Source of the DNA: an uncultured virus (IMG/VR IMGVR_UViG_3300032167_007731)
Lineage: Duplodnaviria > Heunggongvirae > Uroviricota > Caudoviricetes
Virus record (IMG/VR): IMGVR_UViG_3300032167_007731
Strand: one strand, 5' to 3'
DNA length: 49,408 nt
The translations under genes were made by a program, and so were the position numbers. The notes under the pieces are model-generated. The model was not told where the DNA came from and made no database searches. It saw only the letters and a list, made by a program, of their open reading frames with translations. Of this stretch, positions 29,819-39,259 are shown piece by piece (within the stretch, counting starts at the first letter, position 1; each line of letters begins with the position of its first letter).

Positions 29819-31425
29819 CCCTCTTTCCCATAACTCGTCTTATTTATATCAAACATTTCAATATTTCTTTCTTCACCAAGCGCTGCAACTGTCATACTTT
29901 TACCCTGATTTACAAACGCTTTGGAAGCATCAACCCTCAATTTTAATGTCTCTTCTACAAACTTCTTCTCTTTACCCATACTTACTAATAAATACAAAGA
30001 TTTATACATTACATTAAAATCTCTTGTCATTCTACCCTCAAATTGAACCATTTTTTGAGGGTTAGGGTCTATTGTATACATTATACAATTATCACAATTA
30101 TTTAAGTCCAAACCACGCTGAATATTTGTTATTAAAATATCATACGCATTTGACAAAAACTTATCAACTGTCTCATTCTTTTCTTTTACTTTTGTAGTAC
30201 CATTCAATACAGCAACTCTATAACCATTTTCTTCTAATAATTCTTTTAATTTCTGCTGACAATCTACAAATCTACAATAAATTAAAGCTTTACCCGTACT
30301 TACATCTATTTTACTTAATAAATCTAATAAGGCTGCTGCTTTTGGTGTAGTTGTAGGATTAAATGGAACATTCCTATCTACCCCTGTTGGATAATCATGA
30401 ACTAACGAATATAATGTAGTCTTTTTTATCAATCTTTTTTGTTCCTCTGATAAAGGAACTAAAATTGTTTTATATGTATTATCTACATATTCTGCACCCA
30501 AACCCGCACGAGTTCTTGCCAAATATCTAAAACTTACTGCTGTCTTAAATTCTTCTGTATTTTTATACCCTGCTATTTCATTATATCCAAACATACCTTG
30601 TTTCATCACACAATATCTACGCTTAAACTCTTCCAATGTTGGCATAAAACTACTATCTAATAAGTCTAACTGATTATAAAATTCAAGAACATTTTGCTCT
30701 AATGGTGTTGCATTTAACAATACTTTACGCTTATGAAACTTTAATAAAGCCTTTGTATTCTTAAATATATCTGAAGTAGTATTCTTGATAATACTACTCT
30801 CATCTATAATAATCAAATCAAATGGATTTTTTGCAGTATGTATTAAAAATTCTGAACTATTTAATAAACTATGACCACCTACTATACTACAACGATTACC
30901 ATTTTCATAACTTTTCAAATACTTTTTTACAATACCCTGTTCACCACTTTCCAACATTCCTACATATTGACCTGTGAACTGTATCATTTTATTTCTAATC
31001 TGATTTATTGTTGATTTCTCTGTTAAAAAACAATATCTAAAATTGTTACCTTTTTTCTTAAACTCATTATATAATAAATTTACTAAACCCGCACATTGAA
31101 CTGTTTTACCCAATCCTACTTCATCACCCAATAATGCACTTCCAGCCAAATACATAAAAGTTACACCAACTGTTTGAGTATCACGAAGTTCACCTGCTAC
31201 TGTTGGATAACTTTTACTAAAACCAACAATAGAACCATTTTCTTTTTCATAACTCTCATAATCATTAATAATATCTTTTACTGTATGAGCAGGTAAATTT
31301 TGAATACAATGTTTTATACCCTCAACACATTCAACATTTTCAATCAAATTTAACAATGCACTACAAGTAGCATCATTTAAATTACCTTGAAGATATTTAT
31401 TCAAATACCATTTTTCACCTTTCAA
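29815..31425 (-). CDS. SNF2-family SF2 helicase/ATPase
   Basis: LLGDEVGLGKTVQ, IIIDESSIIKN, LNATPLEQN, RGLDL, QFEGRMTR. Confidence 0.9.
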   Translation of the reverse strand: MKGEKWYLNKYLQGNLNDATCSALLNLIENVECVEGIKHCIQNLPAHTVKDIINDYESYEKENGSIVGFSKSYPTVAGELRDTQTVGVTFMYLAGSALLGDEVGLGKTVQCAGLVNLLYNEFKKKGNNFRYCFLTEKSTINQIRNKMIQFTGQYVGMLESGEQGIVKKYLKSYENGNRCSIVGGHSLLNSSEFLIHTAKNPFDLIIIDESSIIKNTTSDIFKNTKALLKFHKRKVLLNATPLEQNVLEFYNQLDLLDSSFMPTLEEFKRRYCVMKQGMFGYNEIAGYKNTEEFKTAVSFRYLARTRAGLGAEYVDNTYKTILVPLSEEQKRLIKKTTLYSLVHDYPTGVDRNVPFNPTTTPKAAALLDLLSKIDVSTGKALIYCRFVDCQQKLKELLEENGYRVAVLNGTTKVKEKNETVDKFLSNAYDILITNIQRGLDLNNCDNCIMYTIDPNPQKMVQFEGRMTRDFNVMYKSLYLLVSMGKEKKFVEETLKLRVDASKAFVNQGKSMTVAALGEERNIEMFDINKTSYGKEG

Positions 31426-31495
31426 TGCTATATAACCCCCTTCAGAAGGACCAAATTATAGTATTAGTCTTATTAATAATTTTACACTGTGTTTA

Positions 31496-31505
31496 TTTAT
31501 GTCCA
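31496..31505 (-). promoter_or_regulatory. Recurring upstream motif TGGACATAAA
   Basis: Intergenic, 71 nt before the SNF2 start; a TTGACA lies 18 nt before its CATAAA. Confidence 0.45.
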
Positions 31506-31530
31506 ACATAAAAATATTTTGTCAAATAAC

Positions 31531-31623
31531 TTAATCAAAAGCATCTATAATTGCCTCTAATATTTCTTCTATTAAATCTAAAATAAACTCAAACCATCCA
31601 CTATCTTTATCTTTTTTACTCAT
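31531..31623 (-). CDS. 30-aa acidic amphipathic peptide (not in ORF track)
   Basis: MSKKDKDSGWFEFILDLIEEILEAIIDAFD*; ATGA overlap with the coaD stop. Confidence 0.55.
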   Translation of the reverse strand: MSKKDKDSGWFEFILDLIEEILEAIIDAFD

Positions 31624-32123
31624 TTTTTACAACCCTTTAATATTTGTTCTTCTCTAATTAAATTATAAATAGGAGTTGGTACATATTTTGAAATATCTTC
31701 ATTATATTTAAGTAACTCTCTTACTAATGAAGAAGATATAACTTCATTATTACTACGAAAATAAACAGTTTTTAATGTAGGATTTAACTCACTATTTATC
31801 TTTGCAATATTTTCTTCATACATATAATCACTTGTATTTCTTAAACCACGAACTAAATATTCTACCCCTAACTTTTTACAAAGATTTGCTATCATACCAC
31901 TATGATAAATTACCTTTACATTAGGAATACCTGCTTCAACAATACTATCATTTATTGCCTTAATCTTTTCATTTACAGATTTATTATCAGACTGAACTTT
32001 TTCTGCATTTACCGCAATACAAACATATAATTCATCAAAAAATCTACTTGCCTCTTCAACTACAGCAAGATGACCATTTGTAAATGGATTAAAACTACCC
32101 GCATATAAACCAACTATTTTCAT
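31620..32123 (-). CDS. coaD: Pantetheine-phosphate adenylyltransferase
   Basis: YAGSFNPFTNGH, LVRGLR, YEENIAKINSEL, ISSSLVRELL; GGAGG RBS. Confidence 0.92.
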   Translation of the reverse strand: MKIVGLYAGSFNPFTNGHLAVVEEASRFFDELYVCIAVNAEKVQSDNKSVNEKIKAINDSIVEAGIPNVKVIYHSGMIANLCKKLGVEYLVRGLRNTSDYMYEENIAKINSELNPTLKTVYFRSNNEVISSSLVRELLKYNEDISKYVPTPIYNLIREEQILKGCKK

Positions 32124-32201
32124 AAAACTAAAACCTCCTTAACAACAACAGAGTAAGAGAAAAAACATAATTAATCCCTTACTCCATCACCACCAACCAT
32201 A

Positions 32202-32813
32202 TTAAATATTTTTCTCTGACATTTTAGATATTTCATTTCTTAATTTATCCATATCTATCAGTTTATCTATATTATTTTCAAGATATTTTCTTACTTTTGT
32301 TCCTGCATTATCCTGAATTTCATAAACCTCAACACCATTAAAGTATGCTGCCTGTCTTATTTGTGAGGAAAAAAGAGTATATTCAGAAGCACCTATAACA
32401 AGTAATACATCTTCTGGTCCTAATATATCTATCCAATTAAATGCTTTATTATAATTAGGAGCAGCATCGCCATAAAGAACAGGTACACCCCTTAATTTAT
32501 CGCAAATTGGTAACTCATCTTCTGAGGGTAGTCTACCATGAACTTTTAACACATATTCTGAACCTGCATTTTCATGAAGCATATCTACATTCATAGTAAT
32601 AATAGGTACACCATACTCTGCTAACGCTTTATGAGCATCATTTGGTTCTTTACCTTTTACTGTATCTATAAATTCTTTCATAACTTCTCTAAATTTTTCA
32701 GAATTTAACTCTGCAAATTCACGAGTTAAATAATCTCTAATTCCTGGTCTGTCTTGAAAAGTATCAATACCTGATTCCTTACTTACACCTGCACCTGTGA
32801 AAGCTATTATCAT
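32202..32813 (-). CDS. Sir2/CobB-family NAD-dependent deacylase lacking the Zn module
   Basis: FTGAGVSKESGIDTF, PNDAH, ITMNVDMLH, VHG, VLYGD, VIGAS. Confidence 0.9.
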   Translation of the reverse strand: MIIAFTGAGVSKESGIDTFQDRPGIRDYLTREFAELNSEKFREVMKEFIDTVKGKEPNDAHKALAEYGVPIITMNVDMLHENAGSEYVLKVHGRLPSEDELPICDKLRGVPVLYGDAAPNYNKAFNWIDILGPEDVLLVIGASEYTLFSSQIRQAAYFNGVEVYEIQDNAGTKVRKYLENNIDKLIDMDKLRNEISKMSEKNI

Positions 32814-32845
32814 CTTTTTTTCACCACCTTAATTAATATATGAAT

Positions 32846-32874
32846 ATTATACCATAAAATTTTATACTTGTCAA
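32846..32874 (-). promoter_or_regulatory. Consensus sigmaA promoter with extended -10 for sir2-coaD
   Basis: TTGACA (32874-32869), 17-nt spacer ending TGG, TATAAT (32851-32846). Confidence 0.88.
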
Positions 32875-33014
32875 TGTGTGTGTAAAATATTTTTAGATTT
32901 TTTTAATCTTATTTATTTTTAACCACTACTTTATCACTTAATTATTACTTTATTTCAAATTAAACAAAAATATTGAAAAAGCAGCTTTAAAATACATAGT
33001 AATAACAACAATAT

Positions 33015-33054
33015 AAAAAATAAAAATGACAATGTTATAAAAACATTGTCATTT
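33015..33054 (-). terminator. Rho-independent terminator closing the transfer operon
   Basis: 13-bp inverted repeat AAATGACAATGTT/AACATTGTCATTT followed by a T-rich tract. Confidence 0.75.
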
Positions 33055-33091
33055 CAATCTAAATTATTACTTTTTCAAAATTTTATAAAAA

Positions 33092-35107
33092 TTAATCAAA
33101 ATCACCACTACCCTCTTCATTTGAAGGTTCTACAACAGTAGGTGTAGATGGTTCACTTACAACGGGTTCACTACCACTTGTTTCTGATTCACTTGAAGAA
33201 GGCTCACTTACATTACTCTCATTTTCATTAACACTTGTTGAAGGCTCTTCTACTTCTTCTGGAACTTCCATAGGACTTAAAGGATTTCTCTCAGTAGTCT
33301 CAGTTTGAGTAGGTTCATTTACCTTTATATCTTCTCTTTCTTTCACTTCTTCAATAACAGTAGTTTCACCATCTGCTGTTCTGGTTGACTCATAGAAAGC
33401 AGTAGTCTTATCTTGAACAACTGAATTTGTCTTAATATTCAAAGTTCTTGTATAATTCACAACTTTCCACTCACCATTTCTATTACCCATATCTATTACT
33501 GCTTCTGTATCAAAATTACCATTATTACATTCAAATACTTCACGAACAGTTACACTACAATATACATTAGTCTTTGTATCCCAATTTACAATATACATTG
33601 TTTTCTTATTTGGAGTAATAGCCTTAATTGTATCAGCCATACGATTAAGTGTTTCCTGTGATACACCTATATCTACACAACTTAAGAACTTATCTGATTT
33701 ATAATCACTATTTGTAACCACATCACTAAATTTCTTCAACAATTCTTCAACTTTAGCTTTATTAGAACTTGCAAAAGCAGTATCAGAATATTGAATTTGG
33801 TCTGAAATACCTGTAACATTTCTTATTACACTTAAAGGTTCACCTATTAACTTACTATCCAACAAATAAACATCTGTTATAGTAATTGTATCATCTTTAC
33901 CTAATTGCATATTGAAAATTAATCTTTCCTCATAAGTAGGCAACGACATATTAGCACCACGAGCCCTTATTTGATTTACCCTATAAACTATTACTGCTAC
34001 TTCCTTACCATTATTCTTTCTTTCAAGTATATCAAACTGATAAGAACCTATTGAATTATAAGTATAATTATTTATTTCATCATAATACTTATCAATCATT
34101 GAGTAATCTGTAAATAACTGATGTAAGCCAACATGATTACTTTCTTCAACACACTTATTATACCCTAACAAAACTTTGTCAATAAATGGCTTTAATACTT
34201 CTAAAGCTGCCTCATCTTTTAATGTATAACTCTTAATCAAATTCTCAACATCATTAACAGCATAATTTTTCACATATAATGCCTCTACTGATAAATCAGA
34301 CTCTTCACCTAAATTCAAAGCATATTTCAAGATATAACGCACAGTCATCTTTGCACCTCTATCTTTGAAATTATTATCTCTTACTAAACCTGAATAAGTC
34401 AAACGACCTATTCCACCACTTTCACCTGTTCTACTTGCTGTTCTTTCATATAAACTAACACCCTGTTGTTCATCATATATATCCTGAACATTACCCCAAG
34501 CATTTGTAAATTTCCATAAAGAATCATTATATTTTGCAGCATCACCCCTATGTTTATATGTTAACATAGAAATATAATCACTATAACGCTTTTTACGAAG
34601 TCTATCTGCATCTGAATGACCAAGTGGTATAGCACTATTTGGTACAACATTCTTATATGTTTGAGTTGTAGTATAAGTTACATCTACAAAATACAAACGA
34701 GCAGCAGGGTCAAAACCAACAATATCTTTACTACTCATTAACCACTCATAAGGTGTTTTTGCAAATTCCAATAATAAATAATTTGCATATTCTTCTGTTA
34801 AAACATTACCACCTTTACCACTTAATTGTATATTTATATTCTCCAATAAAGCAGTTATATTCTTTTCATCTTTTGCTGTTACTTTTATTAACTTTGAACC
34901 ATCTACAACTATTCTATCACTAACATAATTGTAAATCTCTGATTCCAAAGACTGACTTGTTGATGCTAATAATCTACTACCTGCCACTTCTTCCATACTC
35001 ATAGAACTTATGGAATTCAGATTAACACTACTACTACCAACACCACAGCCTGTCAATAAACCTATACACATACAAATAAGTAATAACAAACTGACATATT
35101 TTTTCAT
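33092..35107 (-). CDS. Lipoprotein in the transfer operon, with acidic S/E/P-rich tail
   Basis: MKKYVSLLLLICMCIGLLTG-C lipobox; GGAGG RBS; C-terminal module ends in RNGEWKVVNY (NTF2-like by eye). Confidence 0.8.
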   Translation of the reverse strand: MKKYVSLLLLICMCIGLLTGCGVGSSSVNLNSISSMSMEEVAGSRLLASTSQSLESEIYNYVSDRIVVDGSKLIKVTAKDEKNITALLENINIQLSGKGGNVLTEEYANYLLLEFAKTPYEWLMSSKDIVGFDPAARLYFVDVTYTTTQTYKNVVPNSAIPLGHSDADRLRKKRYSDYISMLTYKHRGDAAKYNDSLWKFTNAWGNVQDIYDEQQGVSLYERTASRTGESGGIGRLTYSGLVRDNNFKDRGAKMTVRYILKYALNLGEESDLSVEALYVKNYAVNDVENLIKSYTLKDEAALEVLKPFIDKVLLGYNKCVEESNHVGLHQLFTDYSMIDKYYDEINNYTYNSIGSYQFDILERKNNGKEVAVIVYRVNQIRARGANMSLPTYEERLIFNMQLGKDDTITITDVYLLDSKLIGEPLSVIRNVTGISDQIQYSDTAFASSNKAKVEELLKKFSDVVTNSDYKSDKFLSCVDIGVSQETLNRMADTIKAITPNKKTMYIVNWDTKTNVYCSVTVREVFECNNGNFDTEAVIDMGNRNGEWKVVNYTRTLNIKTNSVVQDKTTAFYESTRTADGETTVIEEVKEREDIKVNEPTQTETTERNPLSPMEVPEEVEEPSTSVNENESNVSEPSSSESETSGSEPVVSEPSTPTVVEPSNEEGSGDFD

Positions 35108-35132
35108 TTCACTATTCCTCCAATTCTAAACA

Positions 35133-36458
35133 TTATAAGCGATACATACCTTTACGATATAATATTAAACCTGATTTTAACATATCATCTAACATTTCTT
35201 TATTATAAAAATGTTCTACATATAAAGCCTCACGATAATTTGGATTTGCCCTTAAAAATTCTTCAACACTCATACCCAAATAATAATTACAATCCTTAAA
35301 CTTATCATCCACTTCATTTATTTCTTCTATTTTTGTTTCCTCTTGCTCTATAAAATTATTTATAGAATCTAAATCCATTTGACTATCTTCATCACTAAAC
35401 GAAATAACCCCTGTATTTACAGATTTTGGTTCTGATTTCTTTTTAACCACTTTTGGTTTTTCTTCTATAACTTCTTCAATTATAGGTGTTTCAGTCAATT
35501 CCTCTTGAACTTCTATTTCTTCAAGAGTGTTTGGCACAGATTCTATATTTTCTTCCTCTAATTCTTCAACCTCTGTCAATTTTTCAATATTTTCATCAAC
35601 ATCTTCTGAAGTTATTTCTGTTTCTTCTTCCAAAGTTTCTTCAATTTCTTCTTTTTCTTCTAAATCACTTTCAAATTCATCTAATAAATCTAACATATCT
35701 ACTGACATTAAATCTTCCAAAGAACTATCATCTATTTCCTCTAAAACTTCAACTTTTTCAGAATTTTCTTCAATTAATTCCACTTTATTTATTTCTACAT
35801 CTTCAACAATATCTACCAAAGGTTCAACAACTACTTCATTTTCTTCAACTTGTTCTACTTGTTCTACCAATGGTTTTTCTTGTTTTTCAACAATAGGTTT
35901 TTTCTTACGAGGTCCACGCTTAAAAGGATTACCACCTCTATCTATTTTGGGTTTCCTATTGTTGTTAGACATCTTAGGTTTAATATTCCCCTCATTAATT
36001 AATCCATTTTTCTCTTCAGATTTATGTCCAACATCAGCTTCTTCAGTTATTTCAACTTCTAAAGCATGCTCTTCTAATATATTATTTTCTGCTATGTTTT
36101 CAACATTATTTTCTAATTCATTTAAATTTTCTTCTTCTGAAAAATTATTTTCATAACCACTATCAAAATACTCATCTTCATAAGTTTCTTCATAAACTTC
36201 TTCTATATAAGTTTCCTCATAACTATCTTCTACAAAAGTATCCTCAAACTCTTTTTCCTCATTTATAGGAGTTAACAAACTATTCTCTTTTTCCACTACT
36301 GTTTCAGTTGTAACTTCTTTCAATAAACCACTTTTCTTCTTACCCCTTAAACTAGTGTTTACTTTATAAGAAACTCCCTCACCTTGTTTTAAAGATTCTG
36401 AGGATGCTTTATTGTTTACACCATTAGTTAATGATTTTAATAAGTCTAAACTATCCAT
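35133..36458 (-). CDS. Very acidic, largely disordered protein with small C-terminal domain
   Basis: 441 aa, Glu-rich low complexity; ordered tail MSVEEFLRANP...GLILYRKGMYRL. Confidence 0.8.
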   Translation of the reverse strand: MDSLDLLKSLTNGVNNKASSESLKQGEGVSYKVNTSLRGKKKSGLLKEVTTETVVEKENSLLTPINEEKEFEDTFVEDSYEETYIEEVYEETYEDEYFDSGYENNFSEEENLNELENNVENIAENNILEEHALEVEITEEADVGHKSEEKNGLINEGNIKPKMSNNNRKPKIDRGGNPFKRGPRKKKPIVEKQEKPLVEQVEQVEENEVVVEPLVDIVEDVEINKVELIEENSEKVEVLEEIDDSSLEDLMSVDMLDLLDEFESDLEEKEEIEETLEEETEITSEDVDENIEKLTEVEELEEENIESVPNTLEEIEVQEELTETPIIEEVIEEKPKVVKKKSEPKSVNTGVISFSDEDSQMDLDSINNFIEQEETKIEEINEVDDKFKDCNYYLGMSVEEFLRANPNYREALYVEHFYNKEMLDDMLKSGLILYRKGMYRL

Positions 36459-36475
36459 TAAAGCATCCCCTTTCC

Positions 36476-39106
36476 TTAATCATCTAAAATATCATCATTT
36501 TGAATATAATTACTTTTTGCCTCAGATTTCTCAACATCTTTATGAATATTCTTCAACATATCATGTTGAGTTTTCGCATCTAATTTAGGCTGATTTGCAA
36601 CATATTCACTACCCGCATACTGCTTTGAAGTGTTCTCACCTACTATACGAGGTTTATTTCTTGTAGGCATAGGCTTTTTAACTTCTTCTACAACACTATC
36701 TACTTCTTCTGTATCATCAACTTCTTCTTGCTTTACAACAGGTTTAACCAATTTATCTCTTTTTGGTCTATTACTATTTACTTTTAACCTATCTTCTTCA
36801 ATATAACTTAAATCCATGTTTTGAAGTGCAGGATAATTTTCTATTTTTCTAATACCTGCCCTTATATCAGATTCTAATTTACTACCCTTAAAACTATCTG
36901 GCTCTAATTTTAACCAGAAATTTGTTAAGAAATCAAATGCCTTATTTGTCGCTTCATTATTATCAGCAATAATAGTACTATGAGCAAATTGAGTTCCCTC
37001 TTTCAAACCTACTGCCATATCACCTGGATGAACCAAAGCATATGGAAAATCTTTTGGTTTTGCACCTGTAACACTCTCAATAGCCTTTGCATTACCACGA
37101 ACATTAATCCTTATAGGAATATTATCTGTAATATTCTTATTTAATACATTATGTTTAACAACATGGGGAATTAAAATAGGCTTTATACCTAACGCTGGCA
37201 TCTGTGTTACCATAATATTTAACAAACCCTGAAATTCTTCATTTGTTTCTTTATCCATTCTTTCAACTAATGTCATAACTTCATCTACAACAACAAACAA
37301 AAATGGTAATTCTATCTCTGGATGTTCTTTATGTAAATCCTTAATATCTTTATATCCAAATTGTGATAATAAAGCCTTACGTCTTTCAGCCTCTACCTCT
37401 ACAACCCATCTTAATTTCTTTACAATAGCCTCATCTGTTTGTGCAAACGCTCTTATATGAGGAACAGTTAAAGAATAATAATCTGATACTGTATTTTTAG
37501 GGTCCATAAAAATAATATTTACCATTTTTGGACTGTTAAACATCATTAACTGAAATACCAATGCTAACACTGTCCAAGATTTACCTGAACGAGGTTCACC
37601 TGATACTAACAAAGAAAAGAAATCTCCAAAATCTTTCCATAATACACCACCTGAAGGTGTTATACCAAATATAATTGGTAACTTAATTTTAGGGTCTAAT
37701 AATTCATCCTTAATACTCATAAAAGCGTCTTTAAGAGTTATACAAGCTGTTTCACCCTTCATTATCTTTATGTGTGCCTTCTGACCTACTACCTTACCTG
37801 AACCTGTAACAGATTCATCCATTTCTTGTGTTTCTTCATTAAAAGCACAAGTATTTATAATCTCTTCAACCATATTATCTAATGTTGTCTGATTTAACCA
37901 CTTTGGTCTTGTTAATTCCAATGTTGTATAAAATAATTTATCAACAACCTTTACTACATCCACAGGGTCAGAATCACTCTTATCTTTTGAAACAATAGGA
38001 GCAGCTTCTTCCACCATTCTACAAAAACTCAAAAATTCTCTACTATCTTCATCCAATTCAACTGAATCAGAAAAATGTTTTGATTTATGGTCCATAACAG
38101 CAGTTATATGTTGAAATAAATAATCCCTACCATATCCTTTTACTTCATTCATTCTTTCAATTATATCTAATGGGTTTATCTTTTCCTCATCTCCACCATC
38201 TAAATCTCTAACTGTTGTTGTTGAAGAAAAAATAGAAGTTTTTGGTTCCTCTACCTCTTCAGGTTTATCCCAATCAAAAGAAGATACAGGAACAGTATTA
38301 GTTTCAGGGTCATCTACTTCCCAGCCATCATTTTTATCACCTACATCCTCTGGAGTATCAAAATCAATAACCTCATCACCATCTGGACTTAAAGTGGTTG
38401 TTGCTGTGGATATACCTTGCTTTTCCATCCTTCTATAATCTTCATAATTACACGCAAACAAAGGAATACCTATTCCTAAACTCGCAAAACCACTTAAAAA
38501 TATATCACGACCAAAATCTACTTTTAATACCCACAATATCAAACCTATTCCAGACAATGCTGCACCTGTATATGATAAATTTCTTCCAAAGAAAGTCCAT
38601 TTATATTTATCAAAAGTCTTGAAAGAATTAAAAAATTCTTTCAGAAATGTTAATCCACCCTTTAATACTTTTCCTATATATTCAAAAAATCTATCTTCTG
38701 GATTTTGTTGCTGTTGCATTTGGTTCTGTTGAGGCTGACCATACTGTGCTTGAAAACCACCCATTTGTCCACCAAAAGAACTTCCACCAAACCCATTATT
38801 AAAGCCACCACCAAATGAATCACCACCAAATGAACTTCCACCTCCAAAGCCATTATTAAAACCTCCACCACCAAAAGAACTTCCGCCAAAGGAATTACCG
38901 CCACTACCACCACCAAATCCACTATCCCAAGATGAATCACTGTCGTCTGAACCAAATCCACCTATGTTACCCCAATCATCATCACCATCGTCACCACTCA
39001 TAGCAGGGTCAATATCTGGTCTATTTATACCGTTATTTCTATTCGCTTGAGCATCCAATAAATCATCATCACTAAAATTAGAAGTAAAATCTCTCACAAT
39101 AATCAC
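36476..39106 (-). CDS. Membrane-anchored FtsK/SpoIIIE-family ATPase (candidate coupling protein/DNA translocase)
   Basis: LLVSGEPRSGKS, IFMDPK, VEAERR, LPFLFVVVDE, PGDM; two TM helices; Gly/Phe- and Gln-rich N-terminus. Confidence 0.88.
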   Translation of the reverse strand: MIIVRDFTSNFSDDDLLDAQANRNNGINRPDIDPAMSGDDGDDDWGNIGGFGSDDSDSSWDSGFGGGSGGNSFGGSSFGGGGFNNGFGGGSSFGGDSFGGGFNNGFGGSSFGGQMGGFQAQYGQPQQNQMQQQQNPEDRFFEYIGKVLKGGLTFLKEFFNSFKTFDKYKWTFFGRNLSYTGAALSGIGLILWVLKVDFGRDIFLSGFASLGIGIPLFACNYEDYRRMEKQGISTATTTLSPDGDEVIDFDTPEDVGDKNDGWEVDDPETNTVPVSSFDWDKPEEVEEPKTSIFSSTTTVRDLDGGDEEKINPLDIIERMNEVKGYGRDYLFQHITAVMDHKSKHFSDSVELDEDSREFLSFCRMVEEAAPIVSKDKSDSDPVDVVKVVDKLFYTTLELTRPKWLNQTTLDNMVEEIINTCAFNEETQEMDESVTGSGKVVGQKAHIKIMKGETACITLKDAFMSIKDELLDPKIKLPIIFGITPSGGVLWKDFGDFFSLLVSGEPRSGKSWTVLALVFQLMMFNSPKMVNIIFMDPKNTVSDYYSLTVPHIRAFAQTDEAIVKKLRWVVEVEAERRKALLSQFGYKDIKDLHKEHPEIELPFLFVVVDEVMTLVERMDKETNEEFQGLLNIMVTQMPALGIKPILIPHVVKHNVLNKNITDNIPIRINVRGNAKAIESVTGAKPKDFPYALVHPGDMAVGLKEGTQFAHSTIIADNNEATNKAFDFLTNFWLKLEPDSFKGSKLESDIRAGIRKIENYPALQNMDLSYIEEDRLKVNSNRPKRDKLVKPVVKQEEVDDTEEVDSVVEEVKKPMPTRNKPRIVGENTSKQYAGSEYVANQPKLDAKTQHDMLKNIHKDVEKSEAKSNYIQNDDILDD

Positions 39107-39247
39107 CTACCCTAAAAGTTTTGTAATTATAACCAATATTGCTATAATTGATGCTGCAATATAATAAAATGTTTTTGTTTCCTGTTGTATATCTGAAATA
39201 ACTACATAATTAGTTAAAACAGATAAGAAAAACACTAAAAAGAACAT
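39107..39247 (-). CDS. 46-aa two-helix membrane peptide (not in ORF track)
   Basis: AAGGAG RBS; MFFLVFFLSVLTNYVVISDIQQETKTFYYIAASIIAILVIITKLLG*; TAG abuts the GTG start of the FtsK gene. Confidence 0.75.
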   Translation of the reverse strand: MFFLVFFLSVLTNYVVISDIQQETKTFYYIAASIIAILVIITKLLG

Positions 39248-39259
39248 ATTAACAACTCC

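Noticed and set aside
32202..32813. Sir2 as a defence NADase (Thoeris/DSR type)
   Set aside because: Short stand-alone protein with GAGVS, NVD and HG deacylase motifs and no TIR, HerA or Argonaute partner adjacent.
32875..33014. AT-rich gap as replication origin or oriT
   Set aside because: No iterons, DnaA boxes or nic-like site recognised; explained by a terminator and promoter upstream region.
36021..36030. Additional TGGACATAAA copy
   Set aside because: Inside a CDS (VGHK codons), far from a start; treated as a likely chance hit and as a caveat for the motif finding.
36476..39106. Type VII secretion EssC
   Set aside because: Only one FtsK domain, no FHA domains and no WXG100 gene nearby; context is VirB4.
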